Shown here in pieces: positions 37,383-47,018 of a DNA stretch of 64,000 nt. Within the stretch, counting starts at the first letter, position 1; each line of letters opens with the position of its first letter. Location of the stretch: NCBI GenBank assembly GCA_965216875.1, contig OZ244207.1, forward strand, positions 4,096,001 to 4,160,000, given 5' to 3'. A program made the position numbers and the translations under genes. The notes below the pieces were generated by a model. It saw nothing but the letters and a program-made list of their open reading frames with translations, had not been told where the DNA came from and did not search any database. The stretch is from Rubripirellula sp. Lineage in GTDB: Bacteria; Planctomycetota; Planctomycetia; Pirellulales; Pirellulaceae.

Positions 37383-38294
37383 TTAAGCCATGTCTCGGGT
37401 GACGCAGGCCAGAGTGACCGTGATGTTATCGCGACCGCCAGCACCGAGTGCAGCTTGCACCAATTGCTCACACGCCGCCTCGTTCGATGATGCCGTCATG
37501 ACAATGTCGTGAATCGAATCATCATCAACCATATCGCTTAGACCATCCGAGCAGAGCAAGATTCGATCGCCCGGTTGTAATTCAACGTGAAAAAGATCAA
37601 CCGGCACACGCTCGTTGCGAGTGTTTAGGCAACGCGTGACCATATTTCGATAGGGACGAGTGAATTGTTCGGACAAGCCTTGTTCGATCAATTCTCGCTC
37701 CAACGTGTGGTCCACCGTGATTTGGTGGATGCTTCCGGGCCGCACCAAATAAGAACGCGAGTCCCCAACGTTCACGATCGCCGCTTGGTCGCCGTAGACG
37801 TATGCCGAGGTGATGGTCGTCGCCATCGATTCGAGTGACGGGTTGGACTGAGCTTGGCGATGGAGTTCGTCTTGAATGGCGCCAATGTAAAGATCGACGC
37901 GTTCCTGGACATCCTCACGCAATCCTTCGACCGGTCGCATGATCCAACTGCTAAGCCGGTTGGCAAAATCAAGGATCGTTCGGATGGCGATCGCGCTTGC
38001 TACTTCACCCGACGCGTGTCCGCCGAGTCCATCGGCAACCGCCAACAACCAGCAATGATCGGCTTTCGTGGTTAGATCATCCGGTGGCAAACTGCTTGCC
38101 AGAACATCGCTTGAACGGGTACGACGGACGACGCAGTATTGGTCTTCGTTGGTCGATCGTTTTTTCCCGACGTGGGTTGATGCAGCGATTTCTAAATCGT
38201 TCTCGTCAAATGCCCTGACGACGATGGGGGCGACCGGCCGCTCGAGAATGGATTCTTCGACAGTTGTGTCGTTGTGTTGGCCCGCCACGTTCAA
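37383..38294 (-). CDS. PP2C-family Ser/Thr phosphatase
   Basis: RSTNED; AVADGLGGHASGEVAS; NVGDSRSY; LCSDGLSD; GGRDNITV. Confidence 0.95.
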   Translation of the reverse strand: MNVAGQHNDTTVEESILERPVAPIVVRAFDENDLEIAASTHVGKKRSTNEDQYCVVRRTRSSDVLASSLPPDDLTTKADHCWLLAVADGLGGHASGEVASAIAIRTILDFANRLSSWIMRPVEGLREDVQERVDLYIGAIQDELHRQAQSNPSLESMATTITSAYVYGDQAAIVNVGDSRSYLVRPGSIHQITVDHTLERELIEQGLSEQFTRPYRNMVTRCLNTRNERVPVDLFHVELQPGDRILLCSDGLSDMVDDDSIHDIVMTASSNEAACEQLVQAALGAGGRDNITVTLACVTRDMA

Positions 38295-38332
38295 CCCCTT
38301 CGACTAATCTTCGAATCCCTTACACAATTTCG

Positions 38333-39652
38333 TCATCTCAGTTTAACAGCTTTAAATGGATAAAGCGGGGGCAAGATACTTCGCTTTTCCGTTTCCGCCA
38401 TACGGCTGGCCGCGAGCCAGTGGTCCCGCGCAGCGGAGATTGCCGCGATGAGCTTTTGCGGATCGTATTGTCCGTTGCCGTCGACGGCTTCATAAAGCAG
38501 ATTCAATTGGTTCTTAGCCGCTTTGTCTCCATGAGAGTTTAGAAACAAATCAAGCCTTGGAGCATCGAGCTGAGCATTCGCATGATCCCACCACTGCGTC
38601 AAAAACCTTAATGCGCCCGCTGGGTCATTTGCTCGACACTTGTCCACAAAACGACGATAGAACGCCTGTTCAGATTGGTGGCGCGCATTGCGGCGTGCTT
38701 CCAGTCGGCGATAAACCACCACTCCGACAAAAACGCTCCCAAGGGCAAGAAGGATCGCTTTACCAAGCCGACCCGCTGAGGATGTTTCAAGCGGCTCACT
38801 CTCCGATTCTGACACCGCACTTTGGTCTGGATCAACCGACACCTCTAATGCATCAAGCGTGATGGTTTGCAGTTTGGATGTCGCGTTGTCCCACCACACG
38901 ATCGACACGCTGGGAATCTCGTACTGACCAGCTGCTTCAAACACGTAGGTCACCGAGTCTCTTCGCTTTCCGCTCAGACTTCCGCGGTTGAAGCTATCCT
39001 CGAGTGACGGTTGCTTGCGGTAGAGTTTGGCACCCGACAACTCGGCAAATTCAATTGGAGGCATCAGCATCGCAGGTGCGCCGTCAATCGTTTGCTCGAT
39101 GGTGCGTGTGATTCCATCCCCTACTCGAAGTGGACCGGCTTTTGGGTCCCACGATTGTTTCGCGACGAATTGGTTGGCATTGACGAAGGATGTGCCAGCG
39201 GTAACACCGGGCGGCAAGTTGACTTCGATTGAGATAGCCTCGCTGGTCGCACGTTTGGACTCGACTTCGGCATTCAAACCAAACGCTTTGGCTTCCACCA
39301 AAATGGAAACCTCGGGGATCCGCAGCTCTCCGGTCGATTGCGGGAAGACCCACCATTCATAACGTTGACCCGTTGACGCCCCTTCTGTGAGACGTTGACT
39401 TTGGCCTGGTGGCGTGTAGACGATCGCGTTCTTGACTTCGACATCCGGCAAACGCGGCAAACTTGCCCATCGGTCCTTGGCCAAAACGTCGATGCTGTAA
39501 ACCACTCGCTGTCCGACGACCGCAGTCCCCTCAGGTGTGAGCGACGTTCGAACCGTAATCCCCTCTTCTTGACCAGAGACCGACGGACCATCCGTCAACA
39601 AAACCAGCACAACAAAGATGAACGGCAACCTCGAAGAGTGGAGCTTATTCAT
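38333..39652 (-). CDS. BatD-like protein
   Basis: Signal-like leader, beta-rich repeats (VGDGITRTI; WWDNAT), C-terminal TM, LPPLYP end; last gene of the MoxR/VWA operon. Confidence 0.8.
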   Translation of the reverse strand: MNKLHSSRLPFIFVVLVLLTDGPSVSGQEEGITVRTSLTPEGTAVVGQRVVYSIDVLAKDRWASLPRLPDVEVKNAIVYTPPGQSQRLTEGASTGQRYEWWVFPQSTGELRIPEVSILVEAKAFGLNAEVESKRATSEAISIEVNLPPGVTAGTSFVNANQFVAKQSWDPKAGPLRVGDGITRTIEQTIDGAPAMLMPPIEFAELSGAKLYRKQPSLEDSFNRGSLSGKRRDSVTYVFEAAGQYEIPSVSIVWWDNATSKLQTITLDALEVSVDPDQSAVSESESEPLETSSAGRLGKAILLALGSVFVGVVVYRRLEARRNARHQSEQAFYRRFVDKCRANDPAGALRFLTQWWDHANAQLDAPRLDLFLNSHGDKAAKNQLNLLYEAVDGNGQYDPQKLIAAISAARDHWLAASRMAETEKRSILPPLYPFKAVKLR

Positions 39653-40301
39653 CACCCTTAGCCTCCTTGTTGCGTGCTGATCGCTGATAGGCAAACTTGG
39701 CCTTCAGAAACTGAGAGGGCGTGGTTTCAACCTGACGCAGCCACACAGCCTGCATTTCCTGGTCGCCGAGCGTTTGCTGCTCGCCTTGATCAACCTCGAC
39801 TTCAGTACCTTCGTTTTCTCCGCCTTCCGTAAAAACGATGTCATCCGCACCAAGCATGCCGTCGGTCGAGTTTCCACCCTCGCGGTGAATTCTCTCGCCA
39901 CGAGCGATCGCGAGTTCTCGGTTTTCGATCGCTTCCTGCCAATCGGGGCGAGACTCGATCGCAATGTCGAATTGTAGCTCCGCCTCTTTGTACTTTCCCA
40001 TCATCACGAGACTATTACCGTGATTGAAAGCAGCCTCGGCACCCGGCAGGGACGCAAACGTTGCTGCGGCTTTCTTGAATTCTCCCGCACGGTAGTAGGC
40101 CGCACCGCGGCGCATTGGATCACCAAATGTTTCTGCGGCTTGAAGCTTTTCACCAGCCTTGAGCAACCGCCAACCTTGCTGGTCCGCAGTCACGAAAAAG
40201 CTCTTGCCACTACGAACCAGACCAACGAACACAGCGATGGCCGCAACCAATGTGAAGGCGACCGCGAACCGGACAAAGACTCTTTGAAAACGCTCATTCA
40301 T
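39645..40301 (-). CDS. TPR-containing protein of the MoxR/VWA (Bat) operon
   Basis: TADQQG; GAAYYRAGEFKKAA; AAFNHGNSL..GKYKEA; WLRQV..FLKAKF. Confidence 0.85.
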   Translation of the reverse strand: MNERFQRVFVRFAVAFTLVAAIAVFVGLVRSGKSFFVTADQQGWRLLKAGEKLQAAETFGDPMRRGAAYYRAGEFKKAAATFASLPGAEAAFNHGNSLVMMGKYKEAELQFDIAIESRPDWQEAIENRELAIARGERIHREGGNSTDGMLGADDIVFTEGGENEGTEVEVDQGEQQTLGDQEMQAVWLRQVETTPSQFLKAKFAYQRSARNKEAKGDE

Positions 40302-40305
40302 TTTT

Positions 40306-41244
40306 CTAGTCCGTCTCGACACTCCATCCTCGGCGACTCCAGAAGAGTGACAACGCAACCACAAGCGGAAGCAAGTAATACCCGTCGTCCTGCCATTGCG
40401 TGACCCCATCGCCACCCGCGCCAACGATTGCATTGTCAGCCGAAGCGGCAAGCGACGTGATGTCACGGTCATCCGCTGTCATCACTTGCAGTCGAGCGGA
40501 GAGTGTTTTGGCAGCTTCCTCAAGTCCAGACCTTGCCAGGGTCGCCTTGTCATCAGGCAGCACGGCAAACACCTGCACCACCAAACTTTGTTTGGAAGCC
40601 CATCGCTTGAGTGGAGCGATTTGATTCGGATCGACACCGTCGGCTACCACGATCACCGACGCTGCTTTCCCCTGCTTGTTCACTCGCTGCGCAATCAACT
40701 CGAGTGCTTCGACAAGCGAGTCGCCGTCGCCGGGCATGACATCGGGAGCCAATGCCTGGAGCATGTGCTCGATCACGGCCGCATCTTCGGTCGGTGGCAT
40801 CACCAAGTGTGCCGAACTCGAATAGGCAACCAACCCGGTCGGCGCGCCTTCACGACGCTGAAGAAGATCATGCAGCTTGTTGCGAGCGCGTTCCAAACGC
40901 GATGGCGGTGTGTCGGGCGTCAACATCGATGCTGACAAGTTGACCGCAAGGTAAAGCTCCGCACTATCTTCGGCAAACGGCGACGGTTGGACGCGCCATG
41001 CCGGACCGGCACTGGCAAACACCATCAGGATCCAACATGGCAAAAGCAACGTCACAGGACGCAACCACGAAACCTCCTGGGGTGACTGAACCAAATGATC
41101 AAGCAAATGGGGTGCAATGTCGGCACCGAGCCCGCGTCGAGGATCGCGTCGGCGGCGGACGAGCCACCAGATCGCAACCGCGGGCACAATCAACAACAGC
41201 CAAGTGGGACGCAAAAGGTGAAAATTCGCGAGCGCGTTCATCAT
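40306..41244 (-). CDS. VWA domain protein (BatB-like)
   Basis: FHLLRPTWLL; AGPAW; NLSASM (MIDAS Asp replaced by Asn); PSRLERAR; VVADG. Confidence 0.88.
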   Translation of the reverse strand: MMNALANFHLLRPTWLLLIVPAVAIWWLVRRRRDPRRGLGADIAPHLLDHLVQSPQEVSWLRPVTLLLPCWILMVFASAGPAWRVQPSPFAEDSAELYLAVNLSASMLTPDTPPSRLERARNKLHDLLQRREGAPTGLVAYSSSAHLVMPPTEDAAVIEHMLQALAPDVMPGDGDSLVEALELIAQRVNKQGKAASVIVVADGVDPNQIAPLKRWASKQSLVVQVFAVLPDDKATLARSGLEEAAKTLSARLQVMTADDRDITSLAASADNAIVGAGGDGVTQWQDDGYYLLPLVVALSLFWSRRGWSVETD

Positions 41245-42269
41245 GCCGCTGCCTCCAACGAATCCTCACCATCGTCCGCCGACACAAGTGCCTGGTCGCT
41301 ACGACGGACCAACAGCATCAGAGCCAAGTGGCTCATCGAAAGGAGCAAGCAACCGATCACGAAATAGTGATGCAGGTCTTCTTTTGGCCGATGCGAAATT
41401 GTCTCGACCTCGCGCGTGTCGAGCTGGTCGATTTCGCCGTAGATCTCTCCGAGTGCTTCGCGGTCGGCCGCAAAAAAGTACTTGCCGTCGGTCACTTTGG
41501 CGACCTCGCGAAGCGCATCTTCATCAAGCATTTCTTCGCCAGCGGTTGTTGGATCGCCGACACCAATGGTGTGGATGACAATCCCGTTGTCCGCCGCGAT
41601 CGCAGCGGCTTTGGCTGGTGGGACCTTGCTGCCGGTGTCGTTGCCATCGGTCATCGCAATCAGCACTTTGTCGTCCAGATCGCTACGCGCAAACAGGTTG
41701 ATGCTCAAACCAATCGCATCACCAAACGCCGTCTTCGGGCCAGCCATACGTACGGCGGTCTGGTCAAGCAGTTCGCGACAGACGTCCAAGTCTTGAGTGA
41801 AGGGGATTTGCACAAACGCACCGGTGCCGAAAACGATCATCCCAACTCGGTCGCCCCGGCGTTTGGAAAGAAAATCGTCAAGCACTTCTTTGGCAGCCGT
41901 TAAGCGATCCACTCGATCGCCGTCGGCGTTGGTAAAGTCTTCAGTTTCCATCGACCCCGAAAGGTCGACCGCCAGCAGCAAATCCCGTGTTGCAACTTCT
42001 TTCGTGATGGGTGGACCTAGCCATTGAGGACGTGCCATTGCGAAAACCAACGACACCCAAATGGCAACAAACAAAATCACTTGGACTCGGCTTCGTGACC
42101 GCACGACCGCCCCTTTGGTTGTCGATGCGTCGACCGATTGAATCAACACATCAAAAATGGGAACGCGAACAGCGGGGCGTGACTCTCGGTAGGCTGGCGT
42201 CAACCATCGCACAACCAACGGTAGGGGCAGCAGCACGAACATCCAAAGGTGTTGAAAAACCAACATCAC
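41241..42269 (-). CDS. VWA domain protein (BatA-like)
   Basis: MARPQW; AVDLSGSM (MIDAS DxSxS); TAFGDAIG; MTDGNDT. Confidence 0.93.
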   Translation of the reverse strand: MMLVFQHLWMFVLLPLPLVVRWLTPAYRESRPAVRVPIFDVLIQSVDASTTKGAVVRSRSRVQVILFVAIWVSLVFAMARPQWLGPPITKEVATRDLLLAVDLSGSMETEDFTNADGDRVDRLTAAKEVLDDFLSKRRGDRVGMIVFGTGAFVQIPFTQDLDVCRELLDQTAVRMAGPKTAFGDAIGLSINLFARSDLDDKVLIAMTDGNDTGSKVPPAKAAAIAADNGIVIHTIGVGDPTTAGEEMLDEDALREVAKVTDGKYFFAADREALGEIYGEIDQLDTREVETISHRPKEDLHHYFVIGCLLLSMSHLALMLLVRRSDQALVSADDGEDSLEAAA

Positions 42270-42772
42270 CGGCGCTCCTGGTGATGGTGTTTGATCCAGG
42301 ACTGGGCCACATCGATCACCACTTTGATCTCGTCACTCGAGCAGTCGATGGTCTGGACCGATGCGGACCCCAGACGACATACCGGCTCGGTTACGAACGA
42401 CGGGGACGTGGATGCCGTCTTGTCAAGAAACTCTAACCACTCCTGGCCCGAAAGCGGTGCGACGCGTTGGCGTGGGTAAGCGACAAGAGCGACTCGTTTG
42501 AGTAGTTGCGAAACGGCAATCATCGTGGCATTCGTTTCGACGGATGCCTGAGTTTGGAGCACTTGCAACTCGGCAAGTGCGAGTCGTCGATAGGCATTCT
42601 TGCGCCATCGCCCCACCAACCGCACCGTCGAATAGGCCACCCAAACCGCCAAGACCGCCAGAACCCAATACCAAAACGGCGCCGGCGGCCACCAACCGAC
42701 CGGCGCAACGTCGGCAATGTCATGAAGTCGATCGAGCGAGTAAGGATCTTGCTGCACCCTAGCGTCTCCCAA
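42266..42772 (-). CDS. DUF4381 family protein
   Basis: LHDI..VGWWPPAPFW; YRRLAL; LLKRVAL; LSGQEWLEFLD. Confidence 0.88.
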   Translation of the reverse strand: MGDARVQQDPYSLDRLHDIADVAPVGWWPPAPFWYWVLAVLAVWVAYSTVRLVGRWRKNAYRRLALAELQVLQTQASVETNATMIAVSQLLKRVALVAYPRQRVAPLSGQEWLEFLDKTASTSPSFVTEPVCRLGSASVQTIDCSSDEIKVVIDVAQSWIKHHHQERR

Positions 42773-43742
42773 GGCCGAGCAATCGGTTCAACTGGGTTGC
42801 TGCGTCCTGCCCCGAGTGAATCGGCAAGACGGGCGTTTGCAATTGGGTCTGCAATTCAAGGACTTTTGCAATCCGCCCGGAGCTCGCGTCTTGAATTCGA
42901 CGTCGCGTCTTGCGACCGCTGAATTCGATTTCGACTTGAAGCTCACCGTCGGTGATGACCATGTTCTTGCCGATTTGCAGTTTCGACGCCGACGGGTCGT
43001 GCACAAGAACGCAAATCATGTCGTTGTGAGCTCGTATCGAACGAAGCGTTTTGAACGTGTCGTCGTCGTATCCGTGAAAGTCGCTGATCACGACGACCAG
43101 GTAGTCATGGTGCGCAACGCGAGCTGCTTTATCGAGCACTTCGTTTAAGGCGGCAGGGCGTGGCACCGCGGGTGAATCGGCCGACAATCGCTGGTTCTTA
43201 TCGACAATCGAATTCAAGATTCGCAGCACGGTGTGGCGGCTGCGTCTTGGGTCAATCGCGTCGACGCCATCATCATCAAAGATGATCGCGCCAACTCGAT
43301 CCCCCGCATCAAGAGCGCGCCATGCAGCGAGGGCCGCCGATTCGGCAGCAATCACCGATTTCATGTAGAGCTTCGAACCAAAGAACATTCCGATGCGTTG
43401 ATCGACGACCAACAACACCGGTCGATCACGTTCTTCGGTGTAAACACGAGTGTGCGCACTTCGCAGACGCGCCGTCACTTTCCAATCGATCGTTCGAACA
43501 TCATCGCCGGCGTGGTACTGCCGAATCTCCTCGAAGTTCAGCCCACGTCCGCGAACGCGTGATGCGTGTCGACCGGCAAGGAGACTCTGAACGGGCTGGC
43601 GAGGCAAGAACGAGAGCCCACGCGACTTGTGCTGCAACTGAGCCAATCGGTGCAGGGAAGTGTAGACGCGATGATCCATCGAGGCGTCCGACGAACGAGC
43701 CGCCTGAGACGCATCAAGTTGCCGAATGAGCTTCGAAGTCAT
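42759..43742 (-). CDS. DUF58 family protein
   Basis: RGRGLNFEEIRQYHAGDDVRTIDWKVTAR; EERDRP; VISDF. Confidence 0.95.
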   Translation of the reverse strand: MTSKLIRQLDASQAARSSDASMDHRVYTSLHRLAQLQHKSRGLSFLPRQPVQSLLAGRHASRVRGRGLNFEEIRQYHAGDDVRTIDWKVTARLRSAHTRVYTEERDRPVLLVVDQRIGMFFGSKLYMKSVIAAESAALAAWRALDAGDRVGAIIFDDDGVDAIDPRRSRHTVLRILNSIVDKNQRLSADSPAVPRPAALNEVLDKAARVAHHDYLVVVISDFHGYDDDTFKTLRSIRAHNDMICVLVHDPSASKLQIGKNMVITDGELQVEIEFSGRKTRRRIQDASSGRIAKVLELQTQLQTPVLPIHSGQDAATQLNRLLGLGRR

Positions 43743-44704
43743 GCGACTGGAACTACTTTGAGGATGCGACTGATGACTTCGTCCGTAGTGACACCATCCG
43801 CCCCCGCCTCGTAGCTAAGCATCAACCGGTGACGAAGGCAATCGTGAGCGATCGCGCGCAAATCGTCCGGCGTGACATGGTCTCGATCATTCCACCAGGC
43901 GTGAGCCCGCGCCGCTTTGTCAAGCGCGAGCGATCCTCGCGGGCTTGCGCCAACATGAATCAAGCCTTCCAAGTCGGCATCAAACTCTCCGGGACGTCGT
44001 GTCGCTGCGATCAACGCCACGAGGTAGTCTTCCATTGCGTCCGAAATCGAAACCTGTTGGATTTCTTTACGAGCTTCGAAGACCGCCTCCTGCGGAATGA
44101 TGTCGCCCTGCTCCTCTTTCGCGCCCGATGCTTCGCCGCGAACCAGGCGAATGATCTGCTTTTCAGATGCGTCATCGGGATGCGTCATGGTGATGTGCAT
44201 CAAGAACCGGTCCATCTGGGCTTCGGGAAGTGGATAGGTCCCCTCCTGTTCCACCGGATTCTGTGTCGCCAACACCATGAACAACCCGGGCATCTTGTGA
44301 GTCGTGCCTGCGACCGTGACCTGGCGTTCTTCCATCGCTTCCAGCAAAGCGGCTTGCACTTTGGCCGGCGAACGATTGATTTCGTCGGCGAGAACGAGGT
44401 TGGCAAAAATCGGGCCGGGCTGGAAAACGAACCGCTCGGTCGATTGTTCCCCCAAATAGATCTCCGCCCCGGTCACGTCCGAAGGCAGCAAGTCGGGTGT
44501 GAACTGAATCCGGCTAAAGTCGGACTTCAGATTGCTCGCCAGCGTCTTAATGGCGCGCGTCTTGGCCAATCCCGGCAATCCCTCAAGCAATGCGTTGCCG
44601 TTGCAAAGAAGCGTCAAGAGCAGCCGGTCCACCACGTGGTCCTGGCCGATGATCGACGCCGCCATCCGGCGTCGAAGGTCGAAGATCTGTTGGCGTGGGG
44701 TCAT
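43739..44704 (-). CDS. moxR: MoxR-family AAA+ ATPase
   Basis: LLEGLPGLAKT; RIQFTPDLLPSD; LADEINRSPAKVQAALLEAMEERQVT; ATQNPVEQEGTYPLPEAQMDRF; GASPRG. Confidence 0.96.
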   Translation of the reverse strand: MTPRQQIFDLRRRMAASIIGQDHVVDRLLLTLLCNGNALLEGLPGLAKTRAIKTLASNLKSDFSRIQFTPDLLPSDVTGAEIYLGEQSTERFVFQPGPIFANLVLADEINRSPAKVQAALLEAMEERQVTVAGTTHKMPGLFMVLATQNPVEQEGTYPLPEAQMDRFLMHITMTHPDDASEKQIIRLVRGEASGAKEEQGDIIPQEAVFEARKEIQQVSISDAMEDYLVALIAATRRPGEFDADLEGLIHVGASPRGSLALDKAARAHAWWNDRDHVTPDDLRAIAHDCLRHRLMLSYEAGADGVTTDEVISRILKVVPVA

Positions 44705-44887
44705 AGTGTCTCTTGCAAGATTCGGGAAACCGAAGTCATCAAGATACCGCGCCGACCGCCCCCTGGCATGCTCTGAACTGCACCGACATGCCCGCGACAA
44801 TTCATCCGTCTACCAGCCACCGCCAACTTGTACTAGAACATGGAGAGAACCATCAATTAGCCCTGAACATGTGCGGGTAGATTCATC

Positions 44888-45331
44888 ATGTCAGAAGCAA
44901 CCGACCCCATTAATGAAATCCTCGTGCCAATGGATTTCAGTGACACTGCGATCCACGCATTGGACTATGCCAAGCGGCTACTGAAACCCATCGGGGCCCG
45001 ACTGCATCTGCTGTTTGTCGACGACGACCCGATGCTGATGCAGGAATCGACCGATCAAGCGTTTCGTGACGAGCACGAAAACAAGATGTCGATGAAGTTC
45101 GTCGCGTTGCTTACACCGGAAGAGCGCGAACAGTTTCGAACCGTCATGGCAGTTCGCTCGGGAACGGCGTACCACGAAATCGAAATGTACGCCAAAGAAA
45201 AGAACATCGACCTGATCGTGATGGGCAACATCGGACGCTCCGCACTGGCTGACGTCGTGCTAGGCAGCGTCTCGAACCACATCATCCGACACGCACCCTG
45301 TGCGGTGCTGTCGGTCAAGAAGCTCGACTAG
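44888..45331 (+). CDS. Universal stress protein
   Basis: ILVPMDFS; IDLIVMGNIGRS..LGSVSNHIIRHAPCAVL. Confidence 0.95.
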   Translation: MSEATDPINEILVPMDFSDTAIHALDYAKRLLKPIGARLHLLFVDDDPMLMQESTDQAFRDEHENKMSMKFVALLTPEEREQFRTVMAVRSGTAYHEIEMYAKEKNIDLIVMGNIGRSALADVVLGSVSNHIIRHAPCAVLSVKKLD

Positions 45332-45402
45332 CGAGGGCGTGCACCCAGCGAGCGAGCTCGCAAGAAATGCGAGTCGCTGGCGTTGGGCGTCGACTGGGCC
45401 GC

Positions 45403-45463
45403 TTCGTAGTACCGCCTTCAAGCGGAGGTTTCAAGCGAGTCCGCCTGAAGGCGGTACTACGAA
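45403..45463. repeat. GTAG-type REP doublet
   Basis: TTCGTAGTACCGCCTTCAAGCGGA..TCCGCCTGAAGGCGGTACTACGAA between convergent genes. Confidence 0.9.
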
Positions 45464-45485
45464 CAAATCCTGCACATCTGGCATC

Positions 45486-46115
45486 TCAGTTTGGTGGTGC
45501 AAATGGCAAACGCTTGTCGGCGCCGGTCGTCACATAGGGCGTCAACTCTTTCTTGAGCCGAGCGCGGGCGCGTGACAGTCGGCTTCGCACCGTTCCTTTA
45601 CCGACCTGCAGAATGTCCGCGATGGTCTGGTAATCGAACCCTTCGAATTCGCGAAGAATCAAAATGGTTCGATGATGCGAATCGAGACGCGTCAGCGCCG
45701 CGCGTACTTGGCCTCGCTCTTCTTGACGTTGGCTGCAACGATCCGGGGACTCTCGAGCCTCGGTCGTCATTTCGTACGGTTCTCGCACCGTATCGAGCGA
45801 CATGGCTCGATTGTTGCGTCGAATATGGTTACGCCGCGAATTGAGCGCGATTCGATACAGCCAGGTGTAAAAGTTGCTCTGGTTCTTGAACGATCCGAGA
45901 TAGCGAAAAGCGCGAACAAACGCATCTTGGACCACGTCCTCGGCGACCATCGAGCAGCCGACATCGTTGCGAATCGAAACAAACAATCGATTCTGATATC
46001 GCTGCATCAATTCGTCGTATCCGTGTTGTTCACCTTCAAGCGCCATCTGGATCAACTCTTGATCCGATTTGGCAGGGAGCAGTTTTTCGGGGGCTAGGCA
46101 GGTGTTAGATTGCAC
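45486..46115 (-). CDS. ECF sigma-70 factor
   Basis: AEDVVQDAFVRAF; FYTWLYRIALN; LREFEGFDYQTIADIL..GTVRSRLSRAR. Confidence 0.93.
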   Translation of the reverse strand: MQSNTCLAPEKLLPAKSDQELIQMALEGEQHGYDELMQRYQNRLFVSIRNDVGCSMVAEDVVQDAFVRAFRYLGSFKNQSNFYTWLYRIALNSRRNHIRRNNRAMSLDTVREPYEMTTEARESPDRCSQRQEERGQVRAALTRLDSHHRTILILREFEGFDYQTIADILQVGKGTVRSRLSRARARLKKELTPYVTTGADKRLPFAPPN

Positions 46116-46418
46116 GGGACTACCTCATTGAACTAAATTCCAGGGTCGGTCATCGGCCTCACCCGCTATGCGGCGCGGTCGCACGGGCTCCGCAGAACTT
46201 TTCCCGAAAATCGAGACAACTTCGCGATTTATCGGGAACCGACGCAGACGCCAGCGTGCTTTCGCCTCGCCATCAGCGGCCAAATCGACGACCGAGGGCA
46301 GCCCCGAAAAGAGCGTCGCCGCGCATGCAACCGGCGACCGAACGAACGCAGGATTTGAAGAACGAGATTTTTTGGTGCGTGGTCCTGCCACGAATTGCGC
46401 CGAATTGAGCAGGGAAAG

Positions 46419-47018
46419 ATGAGCGAAGACTCCAGCACCAATAGCGAACACGAAGATGGTGACGTGACCGTCTTGCTGGCCGAATCAGCCGACGGCGATC
46501 AAGACGCTGCAGAGAAACTCATGCCGCTGGTTTACGATCGACTCCGAGCGTTGGCGAGAAAACTGTTGACGCAAGAGTCGCCTGCGCACACGTTGCAACC
46601 AACCGCATTGGTCAACGAAGCTTTTATGCGGATGGTGGGCTCGACGGACGTTGACTTTCAAAGCCGGACCCATTTCTTTGCGATCGGCGCGAAGGTCATG
46701 AGGCGAATCCTTGTTGACCACGCGCGAACTAAGAAACGCCAGAAGCGTGGTGGCGGGATGCCACGCGTCGAGCTGCACGAGGACATGTGCGTGTCGAATC
46801 GCAACGACGAGGATATCCTTGCCATCGAGGAAGCGCTCGAAAAGCTCGCGACCCTTGATCAACGCCAAGCCGACATGGTTGAACTGCGGTTCTTTGGTGG
46901 CCTGACGGTCGCCGAAGTTGCCGAAGTGCTAGGCGTTTCGAAACGAACCGTTGAATCCGATTGGACGATGGTTCGAGCATGGTTGCGCCGCGAACTTTCC
47001 GGCGAGACAACAGCGTGA
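46419..47018 (+). CDS. ECF sigma factor, TIGR02999-like (kinase-associated type)
   Basis: DVTVLL..LMPLVYDRLRALA; HTLQPTALVNEA; MRRILVDHAR..KRGG; VELRFFGGLT; DW..RAWL. Confidence 0.95.
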   Translation: MSEDSSTNSEHEDGDVTVLLAESADGDQDAAEKLMPLVYDRLRALARKLLTQESPAHTLQPTALVNEAFMRMVGSTDVDFQSRTHFFAIGAKVMRRILVDHARTKKRQKRGGGMPRVELHEDMCVSNRNDEDILAIEEALEKLATLDQRQADMVELRFFGGLTVAEVAEVLGVSKRTVESDWTMVRAWLRRELSGETTA

